The notes below the pieces were generated by a model. That model did no database searches, was not told the DNA's origin, and worked only from the letters and a program-made list of their open reading frames with translations. A stretch of DNA of 63,306 nucleotides, counting the filler, from Circinaria calcarea (taxonomy: Eukaryota), in the NCBI GenBank assembly GCA_051942165.1. It is 19 parts of 19 records of this genome, joined end to end, with 100 filler letters (N's around TTAATTAATTAA, not from the genome) between each part and the next. Parts side by side here need not be neighbours in the genome. Positions count along the whole stretch, not along the records: positions 23,408 to 26,646 come from JAVECS010002949.1; positions 26,747 to 29,984 come from JAVECS010002950.1; positions 30,085 to 33,321 come from JAVECS010002951.1; positions 33,422 to 36,657 come from JAVECS010002952.1; 15 more parts are not named here. One strand, written 5' to 3'. This document shows, in pieces, positions 23,828 to 36,458 of this stretch (positions are counted from its first letter, which is position 1; every line of letters begins with the position of its first letter). The position numbers and the translations under genes are program-made.

Positions 23828-25166
23828 CTTTGGACAAGTCCGTGATCGAAATGAGCTTATACAGCAGTGAGGTGTGTATCGACCACTATTGCCTTTTAGA
23901 ACCTTATCAGAATGATGCCGAATTTGTAAGCCTTTGTCTCCAGAGACACATCGATGTGCCTAGGCCGTTTTAGAAACTAGGCTAACTGTAATGACTATAG
24001 CTCCAACAATAACTCACCGAGTGTGTAGTGTCCGAGATAGAATCTTCCTCTATGCAGTAATCATAGGTTATATCTAGAATAGCTAATCTTGTGGTGAATA
24101 AGTCTGTGCATTCCCCATTTAACCATTGAAATAACAATTGTACAATCTAACGCCCATGAGCTATACATGCCCGGGTACAGTGACAGGAGGATAAAGGAAT
24201 ATGTATGTAAAGGAGGCACACCCCGGTAGCAAGAGTTTACCAGATCGGTGCTTTGTGGTGCCGATACGGTCGGTGTGATTATGTGGGACTCATACTGCGT
24301 CTTTAATTCCAGCCTTAGGAGTCTACCTTTTGAAATCATTGACGGATGAGTGACAAGTCGCTGTCGGCAGCATGGCTAATGAGAAGAGGGAAGGAAAATC
24401 GAGAGGCACAGTCATGATGAATCCCAAGCATCTGGACAACAGTCTGGACCCCAAACTAATCACAATTCAGAGTGAAGGCATGACATCCCCTTTGAGGGCG
24501 TTTCCGTGTGATGACGGTATCGTATACATGTAGCCATGCCTACCTTGACAGGGACAGGCTTGGATGCAAGTTGGAAGACTTGGAAACTGGCCCACGGATT
24601 CCATACCGGGGGGTTTGGAATGGTCCCACATGGTATTTATAAGAACTAGGAAGTAGTTCGCTGCGATGTAGGGCCTCCAGCGTGATGGGGACAAGAAAAT
24701 ACAATATTGATGATAGGAAAAATGACCTGTAGTTGAATAAAAGGCGTAAGCAGGCAGTCAGCCCCTGAAGCAATAAGATTACAATCCCGCCGGCTAAACT
24801 ACATCGCGTTGATGTTAAATTCGCCTACGGAGTCCAGCAAATAAGCGCGCGTGGCGTGCTCCTAAAACCAGACTGGGCGGGATCTCCCGCCTTGCTAGCA
24901 GGTTCATGGAGTATGGTTACATTATCTGGTCTCGACCATTCCTCCGGATTACTGTATGGAAACAGCCACCTACGAATACATCACTTAAAAGCATGCAAGC
25001 CGCCGCCGCCTGTGCCACATAACACTCGTTGTTGGCATCACCTTGGCACTCGTATAACCGTTGAAGTTCCAGGTTGTTGACCAGTTAGGCTTTCAGACCA
25101 AGTGATGCATTTGTTTAGCAAGGATACATATCTCGATAGCATACATTCCTTAGTGTTGCTTCTATG

Positions 25167-26460
25167 CTAATTTTGAGCTTCAAAGACCACTGCCCCTGGT
25201 CATTAGCTACCGCACACCCGGGAGGATTGCTACAGTGTACTTGCCTTTCTGGAATTTCATCTTATCGAACAAATCATAGCCCTCCACCGCCTCACTCAAC
25301 GGCATAATCCTGTCTGACATGAGCCTGTAGGTTACCCCCATGTTAGCACCATATCTGCAGGACGGGGCATCTTGGCCACTGACCCTAGCAGATGTTGCTT
25401 CTGTCGCAACATATCCAAGGCTTGAGGAAAAATCGATCTCACTGGACATCGGCCCATTTGGATCCTGCTACCCGACCTATCCCAACCTTAGGACTAACTA
25501 GCACATCACACCGAGACTGCAGGAAGTACCAAGGGATCCGGGCAATGTTAGTACGTATAAGCATGATCTCTGGCATGCAATCTTGCTCACCTCGCTGTTA
25601 CCCACCCCTACCGAGGAGATGATCCCCCATGGTCTAATGAGCTCGATTACCACATCAGCTCCTCGTGCGTCCGTAAGCTCTTTCACTCTCTTGTCCAAGC
25701 CCTCCCGACCGGTCTGAAAGTTCATGGCTCCGCGCCCAGTGACTTTGCCAGATCTAATCGAGATTGTACCGAGTCAATTGCAAGGAGGTTTCTTGGCTTG
25801 TACGATTCTGCATTAGTGATGACACAAAGTCCAACTGGCCCACATCCAAATCAGTACAACCGTTGCTTCTGCGACCTGTTCCTTTGTCATCTCTCTGAAT
25901 GCATTATGTGCGGCAAAATATCCTTCTGGGGTGTTAGCGGCTCGACGATCTGGATGAGATTGAGTGGATTCACCCGTAGGGAATATATCAGCCATCAATA
26001 CCAACGCACTATCCGCAATCTCCTGCGGCGCTTTCATAGCCGTGCCCATCAGCGAGCGGCACCCGGACCTAATAGACAATCAATCTCCCCAAGCCTCACG
26101 AAATAGACTATCAACGCCGTACAAACTCCGCCTGAGCACCGTCAAGTGCTGTCGTTCCGAACAGCGCGCCCTTGACACATCTCGACGAGAACTCGTTTCT
26201 GCAGTAGAAACATTTCGAGCTCTCGATCAACCACTAAACTGCTTACCAATAGCGTTTTCTCCTCAAAGCGCACCAAGATACCGTAAAGGTTGATACGATC
26301 TGGTCCCCCGGTTGGAAATTCTTCACGTCCGAGCCCACTTCCTCGACTGTTCCTGTGAACTCATACCTACCAACCATCAACTCACTCCGTCAACCTCTCA
26401 ACAGAGCAATCTCACCCCATGATGAACCCGGTTCCACTCGGTTGATGGCCCTGTACATCT
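25167..26460 (-). pseudogene. Zn-dependent alcohol/formaldehyde dehydrogenase (MDR) pseudogene
   Basis: HEFTGTVEEVGSDVKNFQPGD, CFYC...SSRC, VLMADIFPTG, GCGPVG (reached only via a +1 frameshift near 25848), a -1 frameshift near 25724, and IMPLSEAVEGYDLFDKMK. Confidence 0.82.
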
Positions 26461-26746
26461 TCCTCCACCATCAGCTCCTTCGCCCACCAAAAACCCCTAT
26501 TCCTCAAATCATTCGCATCGTCATTTCACTAACTCTATAAACATGCAACTCGCTACCCCCCACCTGAGAATGCCCCCGAATTAGCAACTTTCTCTCCTGT
26601 TTCCCCATTTCTCTCCCCAATTTCCTTCTCCGCATCCCCCCCCCTCNNNNNNNNNNNNNNNNNNNNNNNNNNNNNNNNNNNNNNNNNNNNTTAATTAATT
26701 AANNNNNNNNNNNNNNNNNNNNNNNNNNNNNNNNNNNNNNNNNNNN

Positions 26747-26884
26747 AGTGATCAGCTTTTTTCGTTCTTGTGTGACCTGTTCGAGGACGACCCTATACGG
26801 TGGTTTCTTCCTGTTTGTTAGCAACTTGTGACGAGCAGCAGCTGGGCCCGCAGAAGAAGCACGCTGGCGATGAACTCGAGCCAT
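26747..26884 (-). CDS. 5' fragment of a conserved fungal protein (resembles the N-terminus of DUF2293-family proteins)
   Basis: ATG-initiated MARVHRQR...KPPYRVVLEQVTQERKKLIT running off the contig. The family call is from memory only. Confidence 0.45.
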
Positions 26885-27512
26885 CCTTTAATATCCAGAA
26901 AGAAATCGCTCAAGGCAAGCGCCCAAGCCTGGTCAAGGCCTTTTGACGTTAGCACAGAGTTCTGTTTTGCATCATCGCAATCGCAATGAGAAGCTCCAGG
27001 TATGTATGTCATATGCAGTACACATGTTCACAGGAAAATCTACAGTTCTGCACATAGCCTGGAGATAAGTCTGCCTCAGTAGAGGATTGTCAAGAGGCTG
27101 CGATGCGACACGGTGGAGCAATGGTGTTGTTCAAAACAAGATGTCGATGATGACAGGCTTGTCAAGAACATGGACTGTGCTTCTCCGTGGCACGTGACCG
27201 CTTATTATGTTCTCCTAATTATTCGGCGTCTCTTCCTCGGCATCAAGGCATGCTAGCGGTGCAGAATCTCATACAGACCAAACTGTGTAGGATGTGAGCT
27301 GACAAAATCGAACCAACCGTCCGCTTCCTATCCAGATCGAGAGAACTGTGTCCCAGCCTGCATACTGCAGAAGACTAAATTAATGCAGGATTACCTTACT
27401 CATGGAGCAGCCGGACCAACTAGCTTTATCGGCAGCCTTCCCTTCAGAACAATACGCTCTATAAGACTTCACAAATGTGGCACAGAAGATTGCGGTCTAT
27501 ATGCAGGGCCAC

Positions 27513-28290
27513 CATGGGTCAGTTTTACACTCAGTCCTGGCGCACCGCCTCTAATTTGGCCGGCTGTTTGTTGGATTCGCTCGCGCCCCATATGCACATG
27601 CTCGATATAGGCTGTGGCCCTGGGACTATCAATGCACATCTAGTTGCGCTGGTATCAGGGACCACGTTATTGGTCTAAAAGTTGCCCCAGAAGTACTGGA
27701 TACGGTCCGTGCTACAGCTACCGAGTGTGGAGGGCATAACGTTTAGTTTCAGTGGGAGATGTCTACGAATTAGACTTTGCGAATACTACGTCCAATGTCG
27801 TACACGTTCATCGGGTTCTTCGCATGAGGAAGGTCCGTTCAAGCTCTTCAGAGTATGCGGCGAGTTACCAAACCTGGGGGAATCGTCGCCGCCTGTGGAG
27901 CCGACATGGGAGCTATCACCTTGTACCCAGAGGTAAACGGAAGAAAGATTGGCATGATCTATATTTAAGTGTAGCTCGACTCAGTGGCGGAGAACCGAAT
28001 GCTGGAAGAAAGATTCATGCTTGAGCAAAGCAAGCTGGATTCAAATAGGGCTATATCATAGCTAAGGCCGGTAAGTGGTGCTACAATACCCCCTCAAGAA
28101 AGGGTATGGCGGAGCAGTATACGGGCAGAACGTACTGTCGCCTCTTCGTTCGCCAGTAGAGCGATAGATGGCAGACAACCCGAGTAAGGTAGCTGAATCG
28201 CCTTGCAGGGGCATAGCAGGAATGGGATGCCCAGGAGGATGGCTGGTTTGTCGTTTTCCACGGCGACGTCCTTGCCGAGCCGTCATCAGG
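27513..28290 (+). pseudogene. UbiE/COQ5-like class I SAM methyltransferase pseudogene
   Basis: SWRTASN...LDIGCGPGTI, GDVYELDF, RRVTKPGG and GGEPNAGRKIHA*AKQAGF are spread over several frames, with stops at 27676 and 28022. Confidence 0.82.
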
Positions 28291-29004
28291 AACTTGTTCA
28301 GTGGTATCCGTCATCTTAAATCTAGTGCTAAGCCCTGTATAACTGGGAAGGATTGCGTCGATGCCAGCCCAGCCCAGCCTCTGCTGTCAGATGTACACGG
28401 AGACAAATGCAATGAAGCTTGTGTTTAATATAAATTCTCTAGCCGGATTTGGAAAAGTGACACCAAATACCAATGTGAGAATAATTGCATAGACAATGAT
28501 ATTCCATCGTATTATTCCACTCGGCTGAAAAGTTCCAGGTAGAAAGTAAATGCTGTCTGATTACAACGAACAACGGGAGAATATGATTAGCCGAAACAAT
28601 AATCAGCTGGACGGAGTACTTTTTGTGGTTGCAGGGGAAACAGTTGTTAGCACGGTTATTTCGCAACAGCTGCAGCAAGCCCGAACCATGCTTTAAGATC
28701 ATGAAAAAGCCGGCCGGAGTAAATATCGGAAGGGCTTCTCAACAGCTTTTCTTTTTCTACGAGGTTTTTCATACTACGGTATCCGGCGCAATGATTATTA
28801 GCCGGTTTCCACCACCCCCGTATACCCAGCAACGATGATAAAGATTTCTGGTAAAAAGGAAGAATTATATTGAACATATGATTTGAAGCTTATTCCAGTT
28901 GTCGGTATAATTTTGAAGTGCTATTTAGGCATGTAATAATGACTGTGAAAAGCCTGCGCTAATGATTGTTTCGCCAGATACCATAATATGGTTGTTATTG
29001 AGTA

Positions 29005-29085
29005 TACCAGAGATCCCTAAGCTATGCCGCATCCGGTTAAATGCCGCAGCATATCCCCCCCCCAATTTTCAATAATACCCTGAAA
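29005..29085. mobile_element. Dispersed repeat, probable DNA-transposon terminus (copy 2)
   Basis: Homologous to 9826-9900 and marks the start of an AT-rich block. Confidence 0.55.
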
Positions 29086-29210
29086 CCAAAGGAACGACAT
29101 TAAAGGGTTTTAAATCTGGGCATAACCCGGTCCGATCCGAGTAAAATTCTACCGGAATCGCAGCAGAATATTTAAGATTACCGTAAAAAATTTAATTTTT
29201 TATATTTTCT

Positions 29211-29312
29211 GGCCTAGCTGTTTTATCTCTTTAGGCCTAGCTGTTTTGCCTCTTTGGGCCTAGCATTTTTATTTTTTTAGGCCTAGTTTAATTACCTTTT
29301 TAGGCCTTAGCT
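29211..29312. repeat. Degenerate tandem repeat, ~23-24-bp unit, about 4.5 copies
   Basis: GGCCTAGCTGTTTTATCTCTTTA / GGCCTAGCTGTTTTGCCTCTTTG / GGCCTAGCATTTT... / GGCCTAGTTT... / GGCCTTAGC. Confidence 0.75.
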
Positions 29313-29984
29313 CTTATTTTTTTAAGAAGGTCGTAAAATGCTCGATTATATACTCTTTATATATATATAGATGTAATGGCGCCACCGGCCGTGATCAGTA
29401 GTACACGTACCAAGGGTATTCAGGAGGATGATCCGAGTGATCCCTTATATAATGTATGGGATCAATGGGAGTACCAGTGATCTGGGTGATCCGGTTGATC
29501 TGGTTATAAAATAATAAGATTATAAAGATCACTGTTATAACCTCTGTCGTAGGAAAGGTATATAAGCATAGTCTTTTCTGTAATATTTAACCTATGTGGT
29601 CAAGACCTTATAAGTATAATAATATATTTCTATTATCATTTACTTACTTGCTAAGTAATTAATATCAAACTCTTATATATATCTACAGAGCCCCTGCTTT
29701 ATATTAATAATTAAGCATTGCCTTTGCCTAAAAAGCCTAGGGACGTAATAATAGAGGATTAACGTACCGCGCGTTTTTTCTATCCTCCGTATTATATAAA
29801 TATATTATATTATTAATAATGCGCGCGAGCGCGTAATATTTTAAAATATTTATATTTATTAATAAACGTGAGGCGTAAATTATTAAATATTAATTTAAAT
29901 AAATTTAATATTAAATTAAAAATATAAATAAAACTCCGTTCTACGCGCTGCAGTATATTTAGGAGTAGATTATATAATATAAGA
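29313..29984. mobile_element. AT-rich RIP-degraded transposon relic, including a possible LTR at 29372-29612
   Basis: Strong TpA excess with scarce CpA/TpG but retained CpG. TGTAATGGCGCCA at 29372 resembles TGTTATGGCGCCA at 7059. Confidence 0.55.
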
Positions 29985-30084
29985 NNNNNNNNNNNNNNNN
30001 NNNNNNNNNNNNNNNNNNNNNNNNNNNNTTAATTAATTAANNNNNNNNNNNNNNNNNNNNNNNNNNNNNNNNNNNNNNNNNNNN

Positions 30085-31180
30085 GCCAACAACCGAGGAA
30101 ATGCCAAACATGGAAGACAGCAACGCAATGTATATAGCCCGCTTCCTTAGAGACACCGAATACCCGATGATTGTCATGGCGCCGGAGAATATACCTGCCG
30201 CCCCGGCTCCAGCAATGGCACGTCCGACAATTAGCATAACAGAGTTTCTCGCCGCAGCACATATAATGGACCCAAGCTCGAATATGCAAAGCGCTATGAT
30301 GAAGGTCCATTTGACGTTGAAGTATGTGTATACCTTGCCGAACGAAGGTTGCAGGGAGGTAGTGGTAAGGAGGTAGGATGATCCGTACCAACCGACATCA
30401 TTGAGCGAATTGAAGACGGTAGTAATTCGAGGGATGGCGGTGGCTGTTAACCTGTCAGAACGAGTACTTTTACCTACAAACAAGGCGGGAGTGCAAAGGT
30501 CGTTGCCAACAAGAGACAATTAATGTATGGGGTTGCCTCGTACCCACTTCCCTGGAGATCAAGTCTTTCGACCGATGTTCCATACGTTCAAAGTTTTACA
30601 ACATTCGACGAGATGTAACTTGTACATGGGGGTTCCTTCAGTATCATAGTCTCTCACCCTCGGCAACGACTTCTGCTCACCGGCTTCGAAGGAAAGGCAC
30701 TTTGCGTGATTGCTTACCGATGATGGTGTTATCCAATGCCACCACAAAACAGGACAGGCACAAGCCAAGGGTCAAAAGGGTCAAAGCCACGCCCCCAGGG
30801 TATTTGGACTCGTCTTCCGCCTCCTCTTCGCTTTCAGCAGTGCCCTCCTTCTCGTTGACCTCATTCTCAGCTTTGTCAATAATCGCGCCATCGCCCATAG
30901 CACCGCCAGAAGCTCCAATCTTCTCGTCTCCCGCCAGGGTCGTTTCCGAGGCTACATTGCTGCTGGACGCCCTCGAGCGCAATTCTCCGACAGGCGCATT
31001 GGGACCAATGACCTTGTCATTCCCCGTCAGTGATGCGACTTGAGTTTCCTTCTCCAAAGCCGACGTGTTGGAGTTGTCGATTGATGCGGCGTGGGGAGTC
31101 GGCGCCGTTGGTGTGAAGGAGGCGGTTCCATCAGGATGTTCTGCAGCCGGACCCTGGTCTCCGCGGTCAGTTTCGCGCAT
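30085..31180 (-). CDS. MFS drug:H+ antiporter (DHA2, 14-TM toxin-efflux type), 3'-truncated, 1 long intron
   Basis: CFVVALDNTII|ATAIPRITTVFNSLNDVGWYGSSYLLT...QPSFGKVY...IFELGSIICAAA...LIVGRAIAGAGAAG. Confidence 0.92.
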
Positions 31181-31787
31181 GGCGGGGAAGCGAGATCTGT
31201 GAGGAAAGAGGAGGCCGAGATGGTAAAACTCCCGATATCTCCACGTATCCACCAAAGAATTTCTGATCCTATGATGAAGGCGCGAACTGAAGAAGTAGTG
31301 GCAGAAAGATATATGTACGATCTATTTACCTCATAATGATACTAACGAACCATCATGATGAGTATAATTCTTGCCCCCGTGTGCACCACTCGGAAAGGAC
31401 TCGATCCGAGATAGACCGGGTACAACTGCCTCGCTTATAGGTCTGTCGTCGAAGGGGTTCTCTCTGCAGTTCCGACACCCAAATACTCGCCGTGTCATTC
31501 GCAGCTGCCAGCAGAAGCCAGAATCCAAAATCAGACGATCCCGCAACTGAATTCACAAGGAATAGGCCCAGGAGATGTCAACAGTAACCAGTTCGAAATA
31601 GGTCTGTGGCCCTCTTCAAAGAATAATACAACTACACTATGCTATGCTATGCTAGTGGATGGGTATACGCGATCATTGTCAAAACCGCTTGAGACGGTAT
31701 ACTCATCTCAGTCCCAGTGATACTCCTTCCGGATCTTTGACCTGTAATGAACAGCCTTATGCAACTCCTATCCAATCACCAATGCCG

Positions 31788-33321
31788 TTAATGCGCCATC
31801 TGTTGCATTTCTTCCTCCTCGGAAGCTTGCACCGGCTGCCCAAATTTCTCATGGAGATCCTCGTCATCAATGCTGCCGACAAAGGCACGTTTAACGAATG
31901 TGAACCAGGCCTGGTTGATGGCTTTCCGCCTTCCGTGTTTCCGATGCTTCTTCTTCTTCTTCTTGTTCTTCTTCTTGTGCTTCTTCTCCTTCGTCGTTGT
32001 GGAAAAGCCAGGCTTGTTCGTTTCGTCCCCATTATTGTTAGACCGGTCAACCGAAACGCTGTTTTCCCCAGATCCATTAACGCCGATGGTAATTTCAGGT
32101 TCCATACGATCTTCCTTTGGTGGCTTATATCGCCCCATCCGAGCTGCTAAGCCGATATAGTTTCTTACCGTCATGTCACTCAGGTTGTAGATCTCATCCT
32201 TCCTTGTGTCATACTCGATCTCGAATTTGAATTTTTTGGCATGTGATTTCGGGTCCTTGTCGTGAGGATGCTTCCCGTGATGCTTTCCCTCCTTCCATCT
32301 ATCGACCTTGAACCGTCCACCACCGGGTGCGTTCGCTGTCTCTGGGATAAAGTCGTTGTTGATCTCGGTCAAGTTGGCGTAGTATTGGGTATACCCTAGC
32401 CAAGTCAACGTTTGAGGAGAATAAGCTGGACCTGGTGGAGACGATTTCGATGGTGGTAGTGGGATATCCTGGCGCTCTTTCTTCCTCTTCTTTTTATTCG
32501 GCTTCTTTTGACTTTTGCTCTCGTCAGCGAATCCCCCGTGTATTGGGTTTTGCTCTATCTCGTCACAACTTTCAGCGTCAAAGTGATCTGCAGTATGCTT
32601 AACCTCCGGACCTTCCCCAGGGTTACTCATTGCAAGGCCGGAGATGTTGTACTCAATTACTCGTATTGTTGGAAAGTAATTTGGAATGATACTCGGGCCT
32701 ACTAAGGAAAGGCTGTACCGTTCGCCCCATTCGCCACCAATCTCTTCAAAGAATTTGTCCGTTTTACTTTTGCGACCTTTCTTCTTCCTCGGGCCCCGAT
32801 CCCTCGGCTTCAAGGCTCTTTTCGATCCAATCGAGGCTTCGAATCTTTGCAAAGCTAATGTTTTAGGTGGATTCGGCAGTTGTGACCATCCAATGCGTAA
32901 TTCTGTCAGATAGTCTGCCGCGGATTGGGTACTAAAGACGTCTTTCAAGGCCGCCATTGGTGTGAATCTTGATTGCCTTAGAGCAAGCGGCATTTTCACA
33001 TCCTTGGAATCTTGCAGCATAAAATGATCGATATTCATATGTCCATACATTGACCCGACTACTACGTCTCGGTACTGATGCATCCACAAGGTGTACTTTT
33101 GCCAACAGGTTTCATCCCAGCTGTTTTTACTTTCCGTCCTCGCAGGTGGGACGTGACCCGTCATGATCGCCTTCATGCCCCTTTGCCGGAGGAATTGCAG
33201 CTGTATCCAAAGCCATTCCAATTGTTGGTATCCTGGCTCGGAATTGGCCGCACATCCATCTACCAACGAGTTGCTGTCGAAGAAATATAGCGTGTTGAGA
33301 CTGAAGACCGCCAGCTTATTG
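31788..33321 (-). CDS. PPN1: Endopolyphosphatase Ppn1 (metallophosphoesterase), 5'-truncated
   Basis: MKAIMTGHVPPART, WQKYTLW, YGHMNIDHFM, PSIIPNYFPTIRV, GPAYSPQTLTWLGYTQYYANLT and FEIEYDT. Confidence 0.94.
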
Positions 33322-33815
33322 NNNNNNNNNNNNNNNNNNNNNNNNNNNNNNNNNNNNNNNNNNNNTTAATTAATTAANNNNNNNNNNNNNNNNNNNNNNN
33401 NNNNNNNNNNNNNNNNNNNNNTAGATATAATGGGTATGGTACCGGGGGGGGGGGGGGAAACCGAGCTGGAATAAAGAGTCAAACTATTGTATCTAGGGGG
33501 TTGTGGAGAGGATGGATTGGGGTATCTTACACTCGTCTCTGCTACATGATATTCTAACCCACGTGCCCGCACAATATATCCCATATTTCACCCTTTTTTT
33601 TCCCACCCACCCCCTCAATCCGTCTAAAAAGCTCCCTTAAATCTCGTCGATTTCACAGGGGATTAATTGCATACTCCGTATGAGGGAAACGATTGATTGC
33701 TGTAGAAAATCCAGCCCGCCGTAAATGTGGCCGTTGGTTTTGGCGTGAGATTCTTTAAGGGAGAGTGGGGAAACCGTGGGAAGGGAGGGGACCTTCTCTG
33801 GTATGCTGATAAGGG

Positions 33816-33968
33816 TAGCGGCGCCAGTAATCCGGAGTGGACTGGACTACTGGACTAGATTAATAGTGCAGTCCGGATTGAACTGGCAGTCCCAATCCAC
33901 CCTTTGGACCACCAAGCCAGTCTCAATTTAGCCCTTGGACTGGACTATTAGGACTACTGGCGGCACTG
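33816..33968. mobile_element. hAT-type MITE, 153 bp
   Basis: 18-bp imperfect TIRs TAGCGGCGCCAGTAATCC / GGACTACTGGCGGCACTG (14/18). 8-bp flanks GATAAGGG (33808-33815) and GATAAGAG (33969-33976). Internal GGACT/AGTCC repeats. Confidence 0.78.
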
Positions 33969-34134
33969 GATAAGAGGGGGATTTCGGGAAAAATTGGGGG
34001 TTAGGGGAAAGCGAAGGCTACAACCACGCGTGGTGACATTGCGAAAAGCCGAATCAACATCCACAGTATATAAAAAAGGATTTTAGTAACTTAAAAAGAC
34101 TTGGGCTGTTTTTCTACTTTGCTGTGAGGAATGA

Positions 34135-36042
34135 CTACTTTTCGAAGTCGCCGGGGGATGTTGCACTAACCAGACTTAGGGCGGGAACGGAATGAGTGAC
34201 AGCTCGATGAAAGGTTGCCGGATGGTGGTTGCCACTCTCTGTATTTGCAGCGTCTTTTCCTTCCAATCGAAATGTTCCAACCCCTTCTTCTTCTGTTGTC
34301 TTCACGATGTCCGTACTAGCTTCCTCAGCAATCGCCACCTTGTCGAGCTTTGACTTCCCTTGATTCTGCTTCATCATTCCCTCGGCTTTCAACTTGCAAT
34401 CTAGTAAGGCCCTTACCTTTGTCTCAATACCAGCTTCGCTTGTAATGGCGCCAAAGAGATCTAGCGGTCTATCCGGCTGCGCATTTACAGCCCCGACTTG
34501 TGGCAGATGGATGTTTTGATGTCGCCTAACTCCCTTCTGGGGGTCTTCCGGGATCTCAACTAGCGAGATATCGGTCTGCCTCGATGTTTCTGCAGCCTTT
34601 GAAGGCGGTGAAGATGACAACAAATTCGAGAAGGCCATCTCCAGCAAACACTCCTCTGCAGAAGGCCGTGCGACCGGCAGTAAGGTCAGCATTTTCTGTA
34701 TAAGTGCGGCAAGCGTCCCATGCTGCTCGCGAGCATGATAATGTAGCTTGTTTGACCAATCAGATCTGTTCCATTTGCGCAGCGCCTTTGGGAGACTGTA
34801 AGCAAATTGCAAAGCAACAGTACCGAGAGACCAAATATCAACACTGTTGCTATACTTCGATCCCCTTCCAATAACTTCCGGAGCAAGATAGTATTTCGTG
34901 CCGCAAAAGGTTTCCGGATCTTTTCTGTCACTTGAAAGTCCGAAGTCGGATAATTTGGTAATAAGGCGAGGAGATCGTGATTCCAGAAGAATGTTTTCTG
35001 GTTTGATGTCTCGATGGGTAATTTTGACTCCATGCAAGTATGAGACGGCATACAGCTGCTGTTTAACCATGATTACTGTCTCAGAAAAAGTGAATTCCGT
35101 TTGTTGTGCAAGATTGCCGCACTCTAGATATTCCATAATCAATAATGGTGATAATGGGTCTTCCTGGATATCAATAAATCGGACAATATGCTCCTAATAG
35201 AAGTTAGCCCAGTTATATCTAATCAATAATCTGCTTACATGAGATATCCGTTGATGTAGCTCGATTTCCGTCTGTGCCATTGGATCCACCTTAACAAACC
35301 TCTTTGCTGCATACAAATCTCCAGTAATATGATTAATAGCTTTAGAGACAGTTCCAAACCCTCCTTTGCCAATATCACCATCTTTCTCGATAAGATACTG
35401 TACTCTGTTTCGTTTGCCGAGAACAACCAGAGGTGTCTCCTGTGAAGGTTCACTGAACTTAAGAGTAACGAGCCTGGGTACAGCTGCTTGGACCTCATTG
35501 CAGTATGCGTCCAGGCCCTTGTCAAATGCGTCTTGACACTCCCCCCGTGGTGGGATGTGGATGGAAAGAGAGACGACGCCAACAGTGACGGTGACGATCT
35601 CACCAGGGAAAATCACTCTTGAATCTCGGACAATGATATCCCGACCAAGCTTGGTAGAGCTCATAACAGTATGGTGCTTTGATATATTGGTCAGCCGCAA
35701 ATGTCTTGATGTCCAGTTATAATGGATACGGAAATGCCGGCCACTGACTCCAGTCCTCTTGCTGGTAGTAGCAAGCAGAAAGTCACAACGCTCTTCATCG
35801 CTTCCGAAGACCCAGCCTTCAAGGGGATCGAATGGTTTGTGTGAGAGTAGCAAAGCGCAGATCACGCTTGATAAGGCAATAAATGGAGTCCCCTCACGAC
35901 TTGCTGGAGAGTGTTGCGTTGCATCTTCAACAACTGGATTGACCACGTAGTCTTCATTACTAGGAAGCAGAAGGGCGGCTTCGGCAGGAGAATTCCTGGA
36001 CTCGATGAGTAGTACAGTTGTAGCAAGGTTGACATTTAACAT
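34135..36042 (-). CDS. FHA-domain Ser/Thr protein kinase (CAMK/Chk2-like architecture), 1 intron at 35194-35238
   Basis: FHA: GWVFGSDEERCDFLL...GVSGRHFRI...LTNISKHHT. Kinase: IGKGGFGTV, YAAKRF, EIELH, HRDIKPENILL, DFGLS, FCGTKYYLAPE, DIWSLG and RPSAEECL. Confidence 0.9.
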
Positions 36043-36458
36043 AGTAACTCCGAAAAACAATTACCGATAATACAGAAGGAGCAGCGACCAGCGCGAAACT
36101 CTCGTGCACCTTCGGGCTCGGGGAAGGATCATGGGGAATACCAGTCAGAATTAGATGATACAGTTTGTGTACTCCCTCGAATAGACCATGCAACAGCTGT
36201 TTACCCGCGATGGTGATTTTGAGTGGGTCGCTATGGGAGCGTATATCTTGGCATGCTAAGTTATTCCCAGCTTGGCTACAGCAAGCATGGCGTACATATC
36301 ATACCGCACCTTATCGGTCCTACTCTCTCTTGGGAGTTATGTTCCGCCGGTGTCCGGCTGTATCATTATTTGACACAGCGCTGATCATTTTACCACTTCA
36401 CCACAGTACCCCGTACAATACTTAAAGAATCTTGTCTAGCAAGAGTATTTTCTCTGAG

